64,000 nt of DNA, from the NCBI RefSeq assembly GCF_009914755.1, contig NC_060925.1. One strand, given 5' to 3'. The position numbers and the translations under genes were made by a program. This document shows positions 40,455 through 53,960 of the stretch, one piece after another. Positions within the stretch are counted from its first letter, which is position 1, and each line of letters starts with the position of its first letter. Under the pieces are notes generated by a model. It was not told where the DNA came from, did no database searches, and saw only the letters and a list, made by a program, of their open reading frames with translations. Source of the stretch: the human T2T-CHM13v2.0 reference genome, Homo sapiens.

Positions 40455-40660
40455 AAAGGGTATAGGTTAAAAAGATAGGCTTTGGAGTAAGTAGACTGGA
40501 TTCCAGAGACTTACTAATGCTGTAACTTGGGCATGCTACTTAGCCTTTCTGATACTGCTTTCTTCTCAGTAAAATAGGGCAAATATCCAACTTGCAGGGT
40601 TGATCTAAGAATTATAGTCAATATATGTAGAGTTCCAGCACAGACCCTGGCACTTAGCCT
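40455..40660 (+). mobile_element. MIR SINE
   Basis: GGCTTTGGAGT...ACTTACTAATGCTGTAACTTGGGCA...CAGCACAGACCCTGGCAC. Confidence 0.75.
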
Positions 40661-41089
40661 CTCGGTCTTGCTGTATTACTCCACTACCACCTCCAGCCCC
40701 AGTAGGTTCCATTCCACTCCAAGGGTTCTCACAGGGTTGGTCCACTCTCTCTTGACTAGCAGGGTTACTCTACCAGCCTTCTGCAGTACTGTTCCGACTT
40801 CTAACCTGGGCTAGAGAGTGCAATGGGAGCCTGCTGTCTGGCCAGTGATTACAGCGATTACAGATCTTCCTCCAAGGATTACAGGTCTGCAGGTGTTCCC
40901 CATGGCTGCCCCAGTACTCAGAGACCTCCAGGTGTGGGGGGCTTCACTTCTCCTCAAAGAGTTATACCTCCTTACCATTCCTAGTGACCAGGTACAGTCT
41001 TAAGGTCCCAGAGAGTGAACAGCACTGACTCAGGACCATGACAGTACATAAGAGGCAGGAAAGAATGATGGTTATGGCAGGTTAACCTT

Positions 41090-41330
41090 AACCTGGGCTG
41101 TTGAGTCAGACTGCCTGGAATTGTTCCTCCCTCTGCCATTTCTTAGCTGGGTGATCTTGTGCACACTGCTTACCTTCTCTGTGCCTTGGTTTCCTCATCT
41201 ATAATATGAAGACAATAATAGGACCTGCCTCATGGGGTTTTTGTGAAGATCAAATGAGTTGATGCACACAAAGCGCTTAGAATACTGCTTGGCACATAGT
41301 AGCTTCTCAATAAGTGTTTGCTGTCATAAT
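41090..41330 (+). mobile_element. MIR SINE (near full length)
   Basis: GAGTCAGACTGCCTGG...TTTCCTCATCTATAA...GCTTGGCACATAGTAG...TCAATAA. Confidence 0.88.
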
Positions 41331-41460
41331 TAATGAATCAAGTCCTCAATCATTTAGGTCCCAGGCACATTACAATCAGAGTGATTGATTGAGACACCTC
41401 TCTGTTTGCCCAGGGACTGTTTCAACACCCTGCTTGTTGTCACCACCACTGTGTGCACAT

Positions 41461-41462
<2 letters not shown>

Positions 41463-41498
<36 letters not shown>
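41463..41498. repeat. (CA)n microsatellite
   Basis: Pure CA run. Confidence 0.96.
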
Positions 41499-41500
<2 letters not shown>

Positions 41501-41829
41501 CTCAGCAGTACCTCACGTCTAGAGAAGAATCATTTCCGGGAGGCTTCAACAACACCAATGCTCACCACCTCTTAATGAAGCAAAGTCCTCAGCAGTATCC
41601 TAGACATGCTTTCCTCAGGGAATTGCCTTCAATTCTCTCTACTGAGCAGGGGGGAGATCAGAGGGCCCGTGGAATCTTTTGGTCTACTCCTCTGTAGAGA
41701 GACCATTAAAAATGTGTCTTTTGGTCTAAAATGTCTGAAACGTCCATGTTAACACAAAGCACCAGATATTTCTCAACCTTATGGCCTCTCTCATTCATAA
41801 AGTTTATAAGTTTTAATATAACCTTTCGG

Positions 41830-42605
41830 GAAACATTTATTGAGCATCAATTTTATGTCAGGTACTGTTCTGGGGGCTGCAGATGTAAGGATGAATCAGA
41901 GACAGTCTTTGGCTTCCAGGTCACAGTCAAGAGGGATAAACAGGCAGCTGGACACATCACTTCAATGCAGTGTGATGATGCTAAGTCAGAAATGCACAGG
42001 GAGCTTATAGAGAATAGAGAAGGGGCATCCAACCCAGATGGGTAGATCAGGAAAGGCTGCCAGGAAGAGGTGACCTCAGAGATAGGTCTTAAAGGATGGG
42101 TAGTCATTCACAAAGGAATAGCATTGAAAAGCATACAGGCATGAAAAAATATAATGCGATTTTGGAACAATGGTCTTCTGGCAGCACTAGAGGGAACAGA
42201 GTAACGGGGAGGGACGGGAATGAGAATGGAAAAATAAGCAGGTACCAGACCTTGAAAGGACTTCATGCTTCGTCAAGTCTTTTATAGCTTACCATGGGAT
42301 GAAAGGAGAAACAACAAAGTGTTCTAAGCAAGGAAGTAACATGGTAAATTTTGCATTTGGGTAGAAGACGGTTTTCTGGTGGAGGGGAGGAGGGTCCAGA
42401 AGCAGAGATCATTTGGTGATAAACCTGGATTTGTAACAATCCAAGTGAGAGATGGTAAGAACCTAAACTAAGATTTAACTAAGAACCTAAACTAAGTAGG
42501 ATTAAAAGAAATGAAGACATTTCAGAACTATTTACGAGGTTAGATCATCAGGATGTGGAAACTAGTTACGGAAAGGAGACAGAGATGGATAAGTCCCAGA
42601 TTTCC
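41830..42605 (-). mobile_element. L2 fragment
   Basis: AACATTTATTGAGCATC...GGAAAGGCTGCCAGGAAGAGGTGAC...TCCAAGTGAGAGATGG. Confidence 0.8.
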
Positions 42606-43542
42606 ACCATGAATAGAAAGTCAAGCTTCAATTTATGACTTAGAAATCCTAAGAGTATTTAGATTTGTACATTTTCTGTGTAATATTTTAGGTATTTTTC
42701 ATTTTAAGACAATACTAACTAGAATTTTAATCATACCAACTGGATAACAAAGAAAGACCCTGAAACCTCTGATGGACAAATTTTTTAAGCAGCAACAGAT
42801 CTTGAATTCAATTAAGAATCTACTACTGCATTCAGTCTCCTTGCACTGACAGCTCATGCAGAGAAGACTAGGTGGAATGAATGGAGAAACAGACAGAAAC
42901 AAAGACTTTTAGGTACAGAACAAATGTACGTGGTCCAGATAGGAGGACTATGATCAGAAAAACATTACCGAGGTGATTTTAAGTTAGACAACTGCAAAGG
43001 GAATGTGGACTGCTGCAACTTGAGGGGGCTACTGCTGTAGGAGTACCCCCAAGTGCCACCATCAGAACAACAAAGACTATGCCTTGGAATTGACCTCATT
43101 TGAAACTCTTCTTTACAATCTTCAATTATAAATAATTCAACATTACTTCATTTTCAGTGTTTGTCATTCTAGATCGTTAAAGGTTCTTTTGTTAGTCATC
43201 ATTACCTGGAACCAGAAGTCTATAGAAGAAAATGGAAGATGGGGGGTGGGAAATGAGTTTTGGTGGGAAGATAAATGTTAGGCCTAGGAATGTAGTCTAC
43301 ATTTGTAAGCAAGAGGGAGTCATTGAAGGCTTTTGAGTAGAGCCATATGAGATTAAAACAAATGTTCAAGAAGAATCTAACAACCTTGTGCAAAATGAAT
43401 CAACTTGGCTAAAATCTACTCAATACTAAAGTATTGCAGTCATTCTAATTAGACCTTCCACTTTCCCCTATTGTTGCATCATCATACTCACTCACTCTAA
43501 ACCCCTGGCAAATTGTTTGCTAAAGGCTTCTAGCTTTCTGTC

Positions 43543-43759
43543 TCAGTGATTTTCAACCAGAGGAGGCACAGGGTTTGGAAATGAATTTGCATTTCTTATT
43601 GGGGTTCTTGCTGTTTTCACAAGTTAGGGAAGAGGGGGTACTGGCATTTAGTCTCACAGGGGCCAGTGATGCCAAATAGTCTCAACACACTGGGCAGTCC
43701 TGTACAACAAAGGCTCATCCTGCCCAAAATGCCAGCAGTGCCCCTGTTAGGAAACATGG
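43543..43759. mobile_element. MER20B-like hAT MITE
   Basis: CAGTGATTTTCAACC...CTGGCATTTAGT...CCTGCCCAAAATGCCAGCAGTGCCCCTGTT. Confidence 0.65.
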
Positions 43760-44839
43760 CATCTGATCCCTTTTGCTGCCCCATCTCTGTCTTCTGTAAA
43801 TTTTCTTCTTCTATTTATCACCAGGCATCCCTCCAGCCACCTGATTAGCAGGTTAAATGGTCATTCAACTGTCATCAAACTCCTTCTCCCTTTCAGAAGC
43901 AACTGGAAGAAAGCCAGCATTCATTATTGACCTAGTTCCATAGCACCTAAGATTTCCATAGTGATTTGCAATGGTTTCTATTAACTAATTCTCATGTCAA
44001 CACATGAATTGAGTTTGTTGTTAGTGGTTTGCAAGTGAAGAGACTCAAGTACGAAAGATTTGGCAACTAGGTCATGTCTCTTACATTTAATTCATGGAGT
44101 CACACTTTGGGAAGCTATTTTCAAAGTCACAATAATTCTTTCAAATCTCTAGAAAATTCACTTAGTAGGGCACTATTTGTGACTGAATTTCAATATAAAC
44201 ATTGCTTACTTTTGGAATTTAAATACTTTGGTGGCCTAATTATGAAAAGAGAATCTCCTTCTCCCCTGGTTTTCATTATATTATTGAAGATATATATATA
44301 TTCATATTTTCAAAAATCTTTTAAAAGAACTGAATGTTTTATTGCCATCTCTATGGGCTGCATTTTGGTGTCTGTTATATTTTATTACTTGTATCACTGG
44401 CCTTCTTTAGGGGAATATCATATCTTTCTAATAGATAGAAAGTATCTTGAAGCAAACTATCTTATTCTTTGTATTCCTCCAGGCACAAGGACAGTGCTTG
44501 GCCTGCGGTAATTACTTAGTAAATATTTACTGATGAATTGGTGAACAAGTTGGTAGTTAGTTCCATGGTATACAAAGTTGTGCTTGTTGGAAATTGTAGT
44601 CTCCACCCAGTGGTTTACTATTTTTTTAATCTTCATAAAACATTACTGTACTTTGCAGTAGTCAGCCTCTATGATGCTCCTGCTGCAATTAGCTTCCTTC
44701 CACCAATGCCCATGTCCAAGCCATGGATATTTCTTTCATGACTAAGTAGTCCCTAACTTCACACCTGCCACTCCCTTCATCTCTCTTCCATCCAGAAATT
44801 TACTATGTTAAATAGAGCTGATTACTTACACAGTGGGAA

Positions 44840-45360
44840 TGTGGTACATTGACTGCAATAATTGTCATAATTCCTCACTCCTCTCTATGACCCTGACCTT
44901 TGCAGCGTAACTTTGATTCTTCTCCCAATCAAGATGTGGAGTCTATTTTCCCATCCCCTTGAATCTAGTATTGTGAGTTACTTTGGTCAGTAGAATATAT
45001 CAGATGTGACCATGTGCCTGTTCCAAGGACAGGCCTCAAGGGAAGCTGGATGTTGTTACTTATTCTCATGAAACTTGCCCAGCAAAGAAAGGGTAAAGCA
45101 AGCCCATTAGCCAGCTGGATGATGAACTTCACATGGCCTAATCCTCCCTAAAATCTCGGCCAACAGCAATTAACTGCCAGATATTGGAATCAGACATACT
45201 AGACCAGGAAATCCCTCGTGGACCTGCACAAGCAGGCCCAGCCAAGATCAACCAAGTTTGCCCCAGAACAGCAGAGCCACCCAGCTGCCTACAGACTCAT
45301 GAGTATTGTTTTAAGGCACTAAGTTTTGGGATGGTTTGCTACACTGCATTATTTAAGTGC
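44840..45360 (+). mobile_element. MLT1H-like MaLR solo LTR
   Basis: TGTGG...GGAGTCTATTTTCCCATCCCCTTGAATCT...CACTAAGTTTTGGGATGGTTTGCTAC. Confidence 0.75.
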
Positions 45361-45636
45361 TAAATATCTTTAAAGAGGTCTTTTTAATCACAGTCACATT
45401 TAATGGAAAACTACCTTAATTTAAACTCTTTAGAAATTGTCAAGAAATCTGTTCTCTTTTTTATTCATTTATCCAGAATCATCAAAGAATAAGCTAAAAT
45501 ATATCACTAATTTTTCAGATAATTGATGCTTACCTCTTTACACATAAAACCTTTTATTTAATATAATCATTTTTATGGTAATCGTTCTAAACTCTATTAT
45601 ACATACATCTATGCTGTAACATCAACATAATATTTG

Positions 45637-46194
45637 GGGTTTTTTCCTTTTATTTTTCATTGACATGCAATAATTGTACATACTTATGGGATACAGCATG
45701 ATGTTTTTATTCATGTATAATGTGTAATGCTCAAATCAAGGTAATTAGCATTCAAGCATTCACCTTCACCTCAAACATTTGTCATTTCTTTCTGTTGAAA
45801 ACATTTAAAATCCTTTCTTCTAGCTTTTTAAAAATATACAGTAAATTATGTTAACAACATTCATCTTGCAGTGCTGTAAAACAGTAGAACTTATTCCACC
45901 TATCTAGCTATAATAGTCTATTCATTAACCAATTCCGTGTCCTCCCCTCCCCACTGCCCTTCCTGTTCTATAAGAACCAAATTCTACACTCTGCTTCTAG
46001 GAGCTCAGCTTTTTAAATCTCCCATATATAAGGGAGAACATGTGGTATTTATCTTTCTATACCTGACTTATTTCAGTTAACATAATGTCCTCCATTTCCA
46101 TCCCCTGTTGCTTCAAATGACAGAATTTCATTCTGCTTTATGGCTGAATAGTATGACGTTGTGTATATATACATTTCCTTCATTCATTCATCAG
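45637..46194 (-). mobile_element. L1MA-type 3' fragment
   Basis: Antisense L1MA 3'UTR; perfect TSD CATCAACATAATATTTG at 45620-45636 and 46195-46211. Confidence 0.87.
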
Positions 46195-46794
46195 CATCAA
46201 CATAATATTTGAATTCTGTATTTAACTTTCCCTTGATGGCATTATTAATAAAAATGCTATCCTAAAGTACTATACAGTAATGACCTGAGGGAGTACCAAA
46301 AACTACTGGACAATTTACATTGGATGGTCCCAGACCATTTTGCTTGTTGTACTCCTATCTGTGGATGCACACATTTTTGGGATTCGCCACCCTTTAAGAT
46401 GTCACCTATCATTTCTTGCTACCATAGTATGTGCTTATCCTTAGCAGCTACCTCTCTTTTAATTTGTTTCTTCCAATTGACTGTGGACCATCAAGCCATA
46501 TAACCATACAACCATATTGGTAATTTTTTTAAAGTTCCCCAAATTAAAGAAATTCTGAGCGACTGTATCACCAGAAACATGCTACCCTGAGGCAACACAT
46601 ACACAAAGAGGGAATACAGATTTATTTCCTCTTTTCAGAGACACACTATCACCTGAGATGAATAATCACCCCGGGAGAATATAAGTTTTAGGTAAAATTA
46701 ACAAGATATCAGAAAAGTGAAACAACTATAAAAGAAATACAATGAACTGATCAACCTACGAGATATAATACGGGATTAATGGGTCATCTAAATA

Positions 46795-47304
46795 TAGACA
46801 GTCCCCAACTTAATGATGTCCCGACTTGATTTTTCAACTTTATGAAGGTGTGAAAATGATATGCATTTAGTCTGTACTTTGAATTTTGAATTTTGATATT
46901 TTCCTGGGCTAAGAAGAATTGTTGATCCTGTCATTATAGCATCACCATCACCCAGTAATTAATTGTAGTTCAATGCTTCAAACATTATTCAGGCCCAGTG
47001 TGCATTCAGCTGTGTACACTAATGGCAAGCACCCATATAACAATTCTGTTTTTCACTTTTAGTACAATATTTAATAAATTACATTAATAAGTTCAACACT
47101 TTATTATAAAATAGACTTTGTGTTAGATGATTTGCCCAACTGTGGGCTAAGGTAAGTGAGTGTTCTGAGCACATTTAAAGTAGGTTAAGCTAAGTTATGA
47201 TGTTCAGTAAGCTAGGGGTACTAAATGCATTTTCAACTTATGATATTTTCAGTTTATGCAGAGATTATCAGGATATAACCCCACTGTAAGTCAAGAAGCA
47301 TCTG
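46795..47304 (-). mobile_element. MER47/Tigger5-type TcMar DNA transposon derivative
   Basis: Termini AGACAGTCCCCAACTT and GTAAGTCAAGAAGCATCTG flanked by TA; internal match to MER47. Confidence 0.85.
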
Positions 47305-47399
47305 TATACATATGTATATAAAAACACTATAGAGATACAACTATATACAGTTACAATTATAGAGCATATGTGTATGTGTCTCTCTATAGAGTCTATATT

Positions 47400-48660
47400 T
47401 ATTTAAAAGATATGGAGGCTAGGCATAGACATTCATATCACTGGAATTTATATTACTGGACTTTCCAATGGAGAGAAAATATATGCAGAGAGGTGAATGT
47501 ATTTAGCAAAATAATGACTACAATTTTCCAAAAATTAAAGATATAAGCCATGAAATTAAAGGCTTTATATATTAATAAATTAGATTTTAAAAATCTAAAC
47601 CTATTATAGTAAATTATGATTCATAAAGTCAAAAAGAAAATTTCAAAGGCTTTCAGAGAGAAACAAAAGGAAAACACCTACAAAGAAACAAAGACAAAAT
47701 TGGCATCTAACTTCCGAACAGCAATACTGGAGACAAGAATTCAATAGATAACTATTTTTAAGTGTTGTAGAAAAATTAATTCAAACCTGGATTTTCATAG
47801 CTAACTAAACTGTTATTTAAATTAGAAAATAAAATAAAAATACTCTTGCTTGTATAAGGCTTCAGAACGCTTCCTGTGCTATTAAAAACATTCCCTAACT
47901 CCCAAAGAAAAGAAAGTAGTCTACATGGATACCATGAAATATGTAAAAGGTGATTAAAGGTCTTAATAAATATCCAGTGAAAAGTAGAAAGTGCAGGGGG
48001 GACAAAAATACGATACATGGAAAACATAAATTAAGTTGGTAAAAATAATTCCTAATGTATCAGTAATTTTAAAATGTAAATGAATTGAATTCACTGATTA
48101 AAGGAAGAGACTCTCAGACTGGATGAGAACATAATCACCATGAAATAAGATACTTCTGAGAACCACATTTTAAACACAAGTTTTCTGAAAGTAGAAAGGA
48201 TGTAAAAAACATATTTATGCTAGGCAATTATAAACCAAAGAGAACTGGAGTAGCAATCTACATTTCAGACAAATTGGAAATCAAAGTGCAAGAAACAACA
48301 AGGAACAGAGACATTATATATTGATAAAAGCAGTAATGGATCCAAAATATATATTATTTTAAAAAGTAGTATTAACATTTATTGAGGACTGAGCACCATT
48401 CTAAATCCTAATCTAAGATCTTTTCAGGTACTAGCTCATTTAATCTTCACGATAAGCCCATGACATAAGTTACATTGTTATCTACATCTTACACATGAGG
48501 CAACTGAGGCACAAATATAAGTAATAACCAAAAATACAAATGCATCAACAATAAAGTTCTGAAATACAAGGCAATAACTAACAAAAATAAGGGGAGAAAA
48601 AAACAATAACTATAGTTAAAATTTTTAGATGCATCTTCCAAAATCTATTAAATCAAGCAC
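47400..48660 (+). mobile_element. Ancient L1M (ORF1 3' half and ORF2 endonuclease region), with MIR inserted
   Basis: CACCTACAAAG...GCATCTAACTTC...AATGTAAATGAATTGAATTC...GGAGTAGCAATCTACATTTCAGACAAA. Confidence 0.65.
48365..48525 (-). mobile_element. MIR fragment
   Basis: AACATTTATTGAGG...CTCATTTAATCTTCAC...GAGGCAACTGAGGCACA. Confidence 0.75.
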
Positions 48661-48679
48661 ACACGAAAGAAATCCTTGA

Positions 48680-49546
48680 ATCTACAGTCATATCCAAAAA
48701 AGAGGGAAAGAGTGCTCATTTACAGAACAACTAATAAATGTGGAGGACGCAGTAGCAGGAGAAAATCACCATCTGTAACTAACAATGTAATTCTTGATTC
48801 AGGCGAGGATCATTAATATATGATAAAGCCATTGGGCAAAAGATTATTGAAAACACAATATTTACACAATCTTAACATATCATCCCACGGACTACTTATT
48901 GATTCCACAGTGAAAAAAAAATATACATTTACAACAAAGAGATCTAATACACACCGCCTAAACCAAGTTACCAATAATGGAACAAGCTGACATTATGTGC
49001 CTCCTCATGTAATACAATGGGAACAACATAACTTTGACTCTAATAAAAAAAATCTGAAAAATCCATATTGCAAAATATTAGGACAATTGGACTGACCTCA
49101 TAAAAAACAAGTTGAAGACAACCAAATGCAAAATATGATCCCTGATGTCCAACTGACCCTGGATCAAAATTTAAAATAAGATGAAAAATTAGCAACTTCA
49201 ATTACATCAAAATTAAGGATTTATTCTTCCTAAGGAAATTCCAAATAATACATGTAAATACTCCTCCGTCAAAAAGGTGAAGCTTAATTCCCCTCCCTTT
49301 GACTGTGGGCTGAACCTAGTGAGCCATATCCAAAGAACAGAATATGAAAAAGAAAAAAATATAGCTTTTCAGTGGAGAAACAGCAGACACCACCTTAACC
49401 AAGTGTTCAAAGTTAGTATCACCAGAGATAAGTTATGTTAATATTATGTACCCTTTGATGTGGTGTGATAAAAAGAGCACTTTACTTCTGTGATCTTCTT
49501 CCAAAAAATGCATAAGCCCAGTTTAATCATAAGCAAACATCACACA
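48680..49546 (+). mobile_element. L1MC/L1MD-type 3'UTR fragments (continue at 52861-53245)
   Basis: CAGTGGAGAAAC...CACCTTAACCAAGTG...CTTCTGTGATCTTCTTCCAAAA. Confidence 0.75.
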
Positions 49547-49639
49547 CTTATTTTTTTTCCCAAGATGGTGGATTAAAGGCTTTTAACATTCCTTGGCCAC
49601 TTGGAAATAGCAACCTAGTGCATAAAGATCAACTCTGTG

Positions 49640-49849
49640 GCTGGGTACGGTGGCTCACACCTGTAATCCTAACACTTTGGGAGGCTGAGGCTGGTGGACC
49701 ACTTGAGGTCAGGAGTTAGAGAGACCAGCCTAGCCAATATGGTGAAACCTCAGTGAGCCAAGATCATGCCACTGCACTCCAGCCTGGGTGACAGAGTGAG
49801 ACCCTGTCTCAAAAAAAAAAAAAAAAGAGACAGAAAGAAAAAGAAAAAT
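49640..49849 (+). mobile_element. Internally deleted Alu (S-type) inside the L1 5'UTR
   Basis: Left arm to GAAACCT joined to CAGTGAGCC of the right arm; TSD AGATC(A/G)ACTCTGTG at 49626-49639 and 49850-49863. Confidence 0.92.
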
Positions 49850-50504
49850 AGATCGACTCTGTGAGCTTTAATTCAAGAAGGAAAATGAGAACCCACTATA
49901 ATCATGAAGGACACCCCAGATCCTGAGGAGGAGAACACAGGCAAACAGCTCCTGTGAAGGTGACCGGCTGATAAAAGTGAGTGAAGCCCCAGTACGTGAG
50001 AGGGGAAAGCAGCCTTCCTTGTAACTCACCTAGCAACCCAGGACAGGGGAGAGCATTGTGTTTCTCCCAACCTCTAGAGCTAACTTGGGGAAAGGGTTGG
50101 AGGCACCAAGAAAGAAAGATACTGGGAGAAGCTGCAGGCATTTTCCCAGACTGGTATTGAGAGCAGGATTCCATTTTTAATCCAGCTACAAACAAAGTCA
50201 GTCATTCTTTGGCAGCCTAGCAGAGTGACCATGCAGGTATTTTAATCTCAGGCCAGATATTGGAGCACTTGCTCTGGAGCAGGGTAGGGGCCTCCACAGC
50301 CAGAACTATGGACAGCACCTCACTAGTAGGTGCTGGAACTGTGCTTTTCCCCATCACAGGCCTGGAGCAGCAGGAGAGCTGCTACAGCTGCAGTTTCTCC
50401 TGAACAATGAGACTTGCAGCCCACAGCCAGCTTGGCAACCTGGAATCACTTTGTGTGTGTCATTGCTGGGTGCCCCCGCCTGCTCCCCTGAGATCACAGT
50501 GAAG

Positions 50505-51025
50505 CAGAGCCCTCTCCACTCCACCCCCAGGCAGAACTCCAGGAATTCAGAGTACATGCTTGCCTAGACCAGCAGCCTGAGCCACCTAGACCTCCCTGAG
50601 CATAGATCATGGTGCAGTAGGGCCCTCTCCATTCCACACCAGGCAGATCTCCAGGCATCCAGAGCACTCCCTCACCTGGATGAGCAGCCTGAGCTGCCCC
50701 ACTCTTCCTGTGCAGAGATCTTGTTGCAGGGGAGCCCTTTCCACTTCATGCCCAGGCAGATCTCCTGGAACTTGGAGCACTGGCTCACCTGATTCAGCAG
50801 CCTGAGCCACCCCACCCTTCCCGGGCATAGATTGTGGTTCAGTGGGGCCCTCTCTGCTCCATGCCCAGGCAGATCTCCAGGCATGTAAAGCACCTGCTCA
50901 CATAGATTGGTAGCCTGAACCACACCCCTCTTCCTGTGCAGAGATTGTGTTTCACCAGGGCCTTCTCTGCTTATGCCCAGGGAGATCTTCTCACATCTGA
51001 AGCACCCACTCTTCTGCAACAGGAG
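50505..51025 (+). repeat. ~113-bp tandem monomers (about 5) within the L1 5'UTR
   Basis: Recurring GCCCTCTCC...CCAGGCAGATCTCCAGG...CAGCAGCCTGAGC at ~50507, 50621, 50731, 50844 and 50958. Confidence 0.88.
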
Positions 51026-51811
51026 TTTAGAAATTGTGCACCTAAAGATTCAATGCTACTCCTACTAATGTCATAAACTACTGTCATTTTTCAAAGAATT
51101 AGAAAAAAACTATTCTAAAATGCATATTGAACCAATATGAGTTGTTTCAATACAGAGCCTGAACAGCCAAAGCAATCCTAAGCAAAAAGAAAAAAGCCAG
51201 AGGCAGTACATTACCCAATTGCAAACTATACTACAAGGCTACAGTAACCTAAACAGCATGGTTCTGGTACAGAAACAGATACATACACTAACAGAACAGA
51301 ATAGAGAACCCAGGAATAAAGCTGTATACTCACAGCCATCTAATTTAAAGTCAACAAAAATAAGCAATGGGGAAAGACTCCTTAGTCAATAAATGGTGCT
51401 GGAATAGCTGGCTAGCCATATGCCGAAGAATGAAACTGGACCCCAACCTTTCACTATATACAAAAATTCACTGATGATGGATTAAAGATTTAAATATAAG
51501 ACCTCAAACCATAAGAATCTTAGAAGAAAACCTAGGAAATACCATTCTGGACATCAACCTTGGGAAAGAATTTATGATTAAGTCCTCAAAAGCAATGGCA
51601 GAAAAAACAAAAATTGTAAGTGGGACCTAATTAAACTAAACAGCTTCTGCACAGCAAAAGAAAACGTCAACAGAGAGGACAGGCAACCTACAAGATGAAA
51701 GAAAACATTCACAAACTATGCAGCAGACAAGGGTCTAATATCCAGAATCTATAAGGAATTTAAACAATTCAACAAGCAAAAACAAAATAAACCCATTAAA
51801 AAGTGAGCAAA

Positions 51812-52047
<236 letters not shown>

Positions 52048-52860
52048 TCAAAAGAAGACATACAAGTAGCCAGCAAACATTTAAAAATGCTCAACATCAC
52101 TAATCATCAGAGAAATGCAAATCAAGACCGCAATGAGACAACATCTCACACCAATTAGAATGGCTGTTACCAAAAAGTCAAAAAACAGATGCTGGCAAGG
52201 CTGTGGAGAAAAGGGAATGCTTATACACTGTTGGGAATGTAAATTAGTTCAGCCACTGTGGAAAGCAGTTTGGAGATTTCTCAAATAACTTAAAATGGAA
52301 CTACCATTTGACCCAGCAATCCCATTGCTAGTTATATATTTAAAAGAAAATAAATAGCTCTACCCAAAAGACACTTGTACTCATATGCTCATCATGGCAC
52401 TACTCACTATAGCAAAGACATGGAATCAACCTAGGTGCCCATCAGTTATGGATTGGATAAAGAAAATGTGGTACATATGCACCATGGAATACTACAAAGC
52501 CATAAAAAAGAACAAAATCACATCATTTGCAGCAACATGGCTGGAGCTGGAGGCCATTATCCTAAGGAAATTAATGCAAAAACAGAAAAACAAATACCAC
52601 ATTTTCACTTATAAGTGGGAGCTAAACATTGGGTACTCATGGACATAAAGATGGCAACAATAGACATTGGGAAGTACTTGAAGGGGGAGGGAGGGAAGGG
52701 ACAAGGGTTAAAAAACTACCTATTGGGCACTATGCTCACTATCTGGGTGGTAGAATCACTCATATCCCAAACCTCAGCATCACACAATACACCCATTTAA
52801 CAAACCTACACATGTGCACCTGGAATCTAAAATAAAAATTGAAATTTTTTTTTAAAAAAA

Positions 52861-53245
52861 GAAAATATCAGACAAACCCAAATTGAGGGACAGTCTAGAA
52901 AATGCTTGACCAGTACTCCTCAAACTGAGACGATCATAAAAACTAAGGAAAAAGAGAGTAACTTTCACAGATCAAAAGACTAAAGAGATACAGCAACCAA
53001 ATGCAATGTAGCATCCTGGATTGGATCTTGGAAGAGTAAACGGATATCAATGCGAAAACTGGTAAAACCTGAATAATCTGTGGTTTAGTTAATAGTATTA
53101 TACCAATGTTAATTTGTAAGTTTTTAAAAATGTGCCAAGTTAGGTAAGACATTAACATTAAGGGAACCTTGGTGAAGAGAAAACTCTCTGTAGTATCTTT
53201 AAAACTTTTCTGTAAATCTAAAATTATTCCAAAATAAAACATTTG
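52861..53245 (+). mobile_element. L1MC/L1MD 3' end
   Basis: TCAGACAAACCCAAATTGAGGGAC...TTTTCTGTAAATCTAAAATTATTCCAAAATAAAA. Confidence 0.8.
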
Positions 53246-53249
53246 CCAT

Positions 53250-53960
53250 ATATAAAAGAATTTCTCTTCAACAAAAAGATACAAGAAGAAACTTGCACCG
53301 ACTAAAGTTGACAAAAATAAATGTCTGAAATATACATGGAATGCCAATAAATTAATAAGAAAGACAAGAAAACCAACTGTAAAATGGACAAGGCAGTGAA
53401 TAGACAATTCCCAGGAAGAGAAATCCAAAAGACTAATAAATATATGAAGAGATGTTCTACCTCACAAATAACAAGAAATGTGCTAAATAAAATCAAGAAG
53501 CATATTTCCATGACTCAGTTTGAGGAAAAAAGTTATGATGAAATGGAAAACCTAGTTCACTCCTGATAGGAGAGGAAAGTGGAACAGGCACTCTGGAGAG
53601 TACCTTGGCAGTACTACCCGTTAAGCATGGGACCACCCCGCAACCTGTAAGCCTACTCTAGATCTAACACCCCAGAAACACTCACCCATGATGGTATAGG
53701 GACATGGAAAAGAATGGTCCTCACGGTGTTGATTGTAGCAGCAAAGCCTTGAGCCAACAATGGTGCCTGTTACTGGGGCTGTAAGAATCACATGGTGGAT
53801 ACACTCTGGACACGATACAACAGAATTACCCAGATGCACATTCGCCAAATGGATAAATCCTGGAAAATTATGCCAAATGGAAACAGTAAAAAGCAAATAT
53901 ACATATATATGCATATATATTTACTGAAATACCATTTATATAAACTTAAATGTCATACAT
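53250..53960 (+). mobile_element. L1ME-type ORF2 end and 3'UTR
   Basis: AATGGACAAGGCAGTGAATAGACAATTC...TATGAAGAGATGTTCTACCTCAC. Confidence 0.7.

Noticed and set aside
44074-44511. 145-aa hydrophobic ORF
   Set aside because: AT-rich chance ORF ending in an L2 3' end; no recognisable homology.
50505-51025. ~113-bp periodic repeats as a CRISPR-like or novel array
   Set aside because: Whole units are homologous with no unique spacers, and they lie in an L1 5'UTR where tandem monomers are expected.
52385-52648. 87-aa ORF resembling a protein
   Set aside because: Degenerate L1 ORF2 C-terminus.
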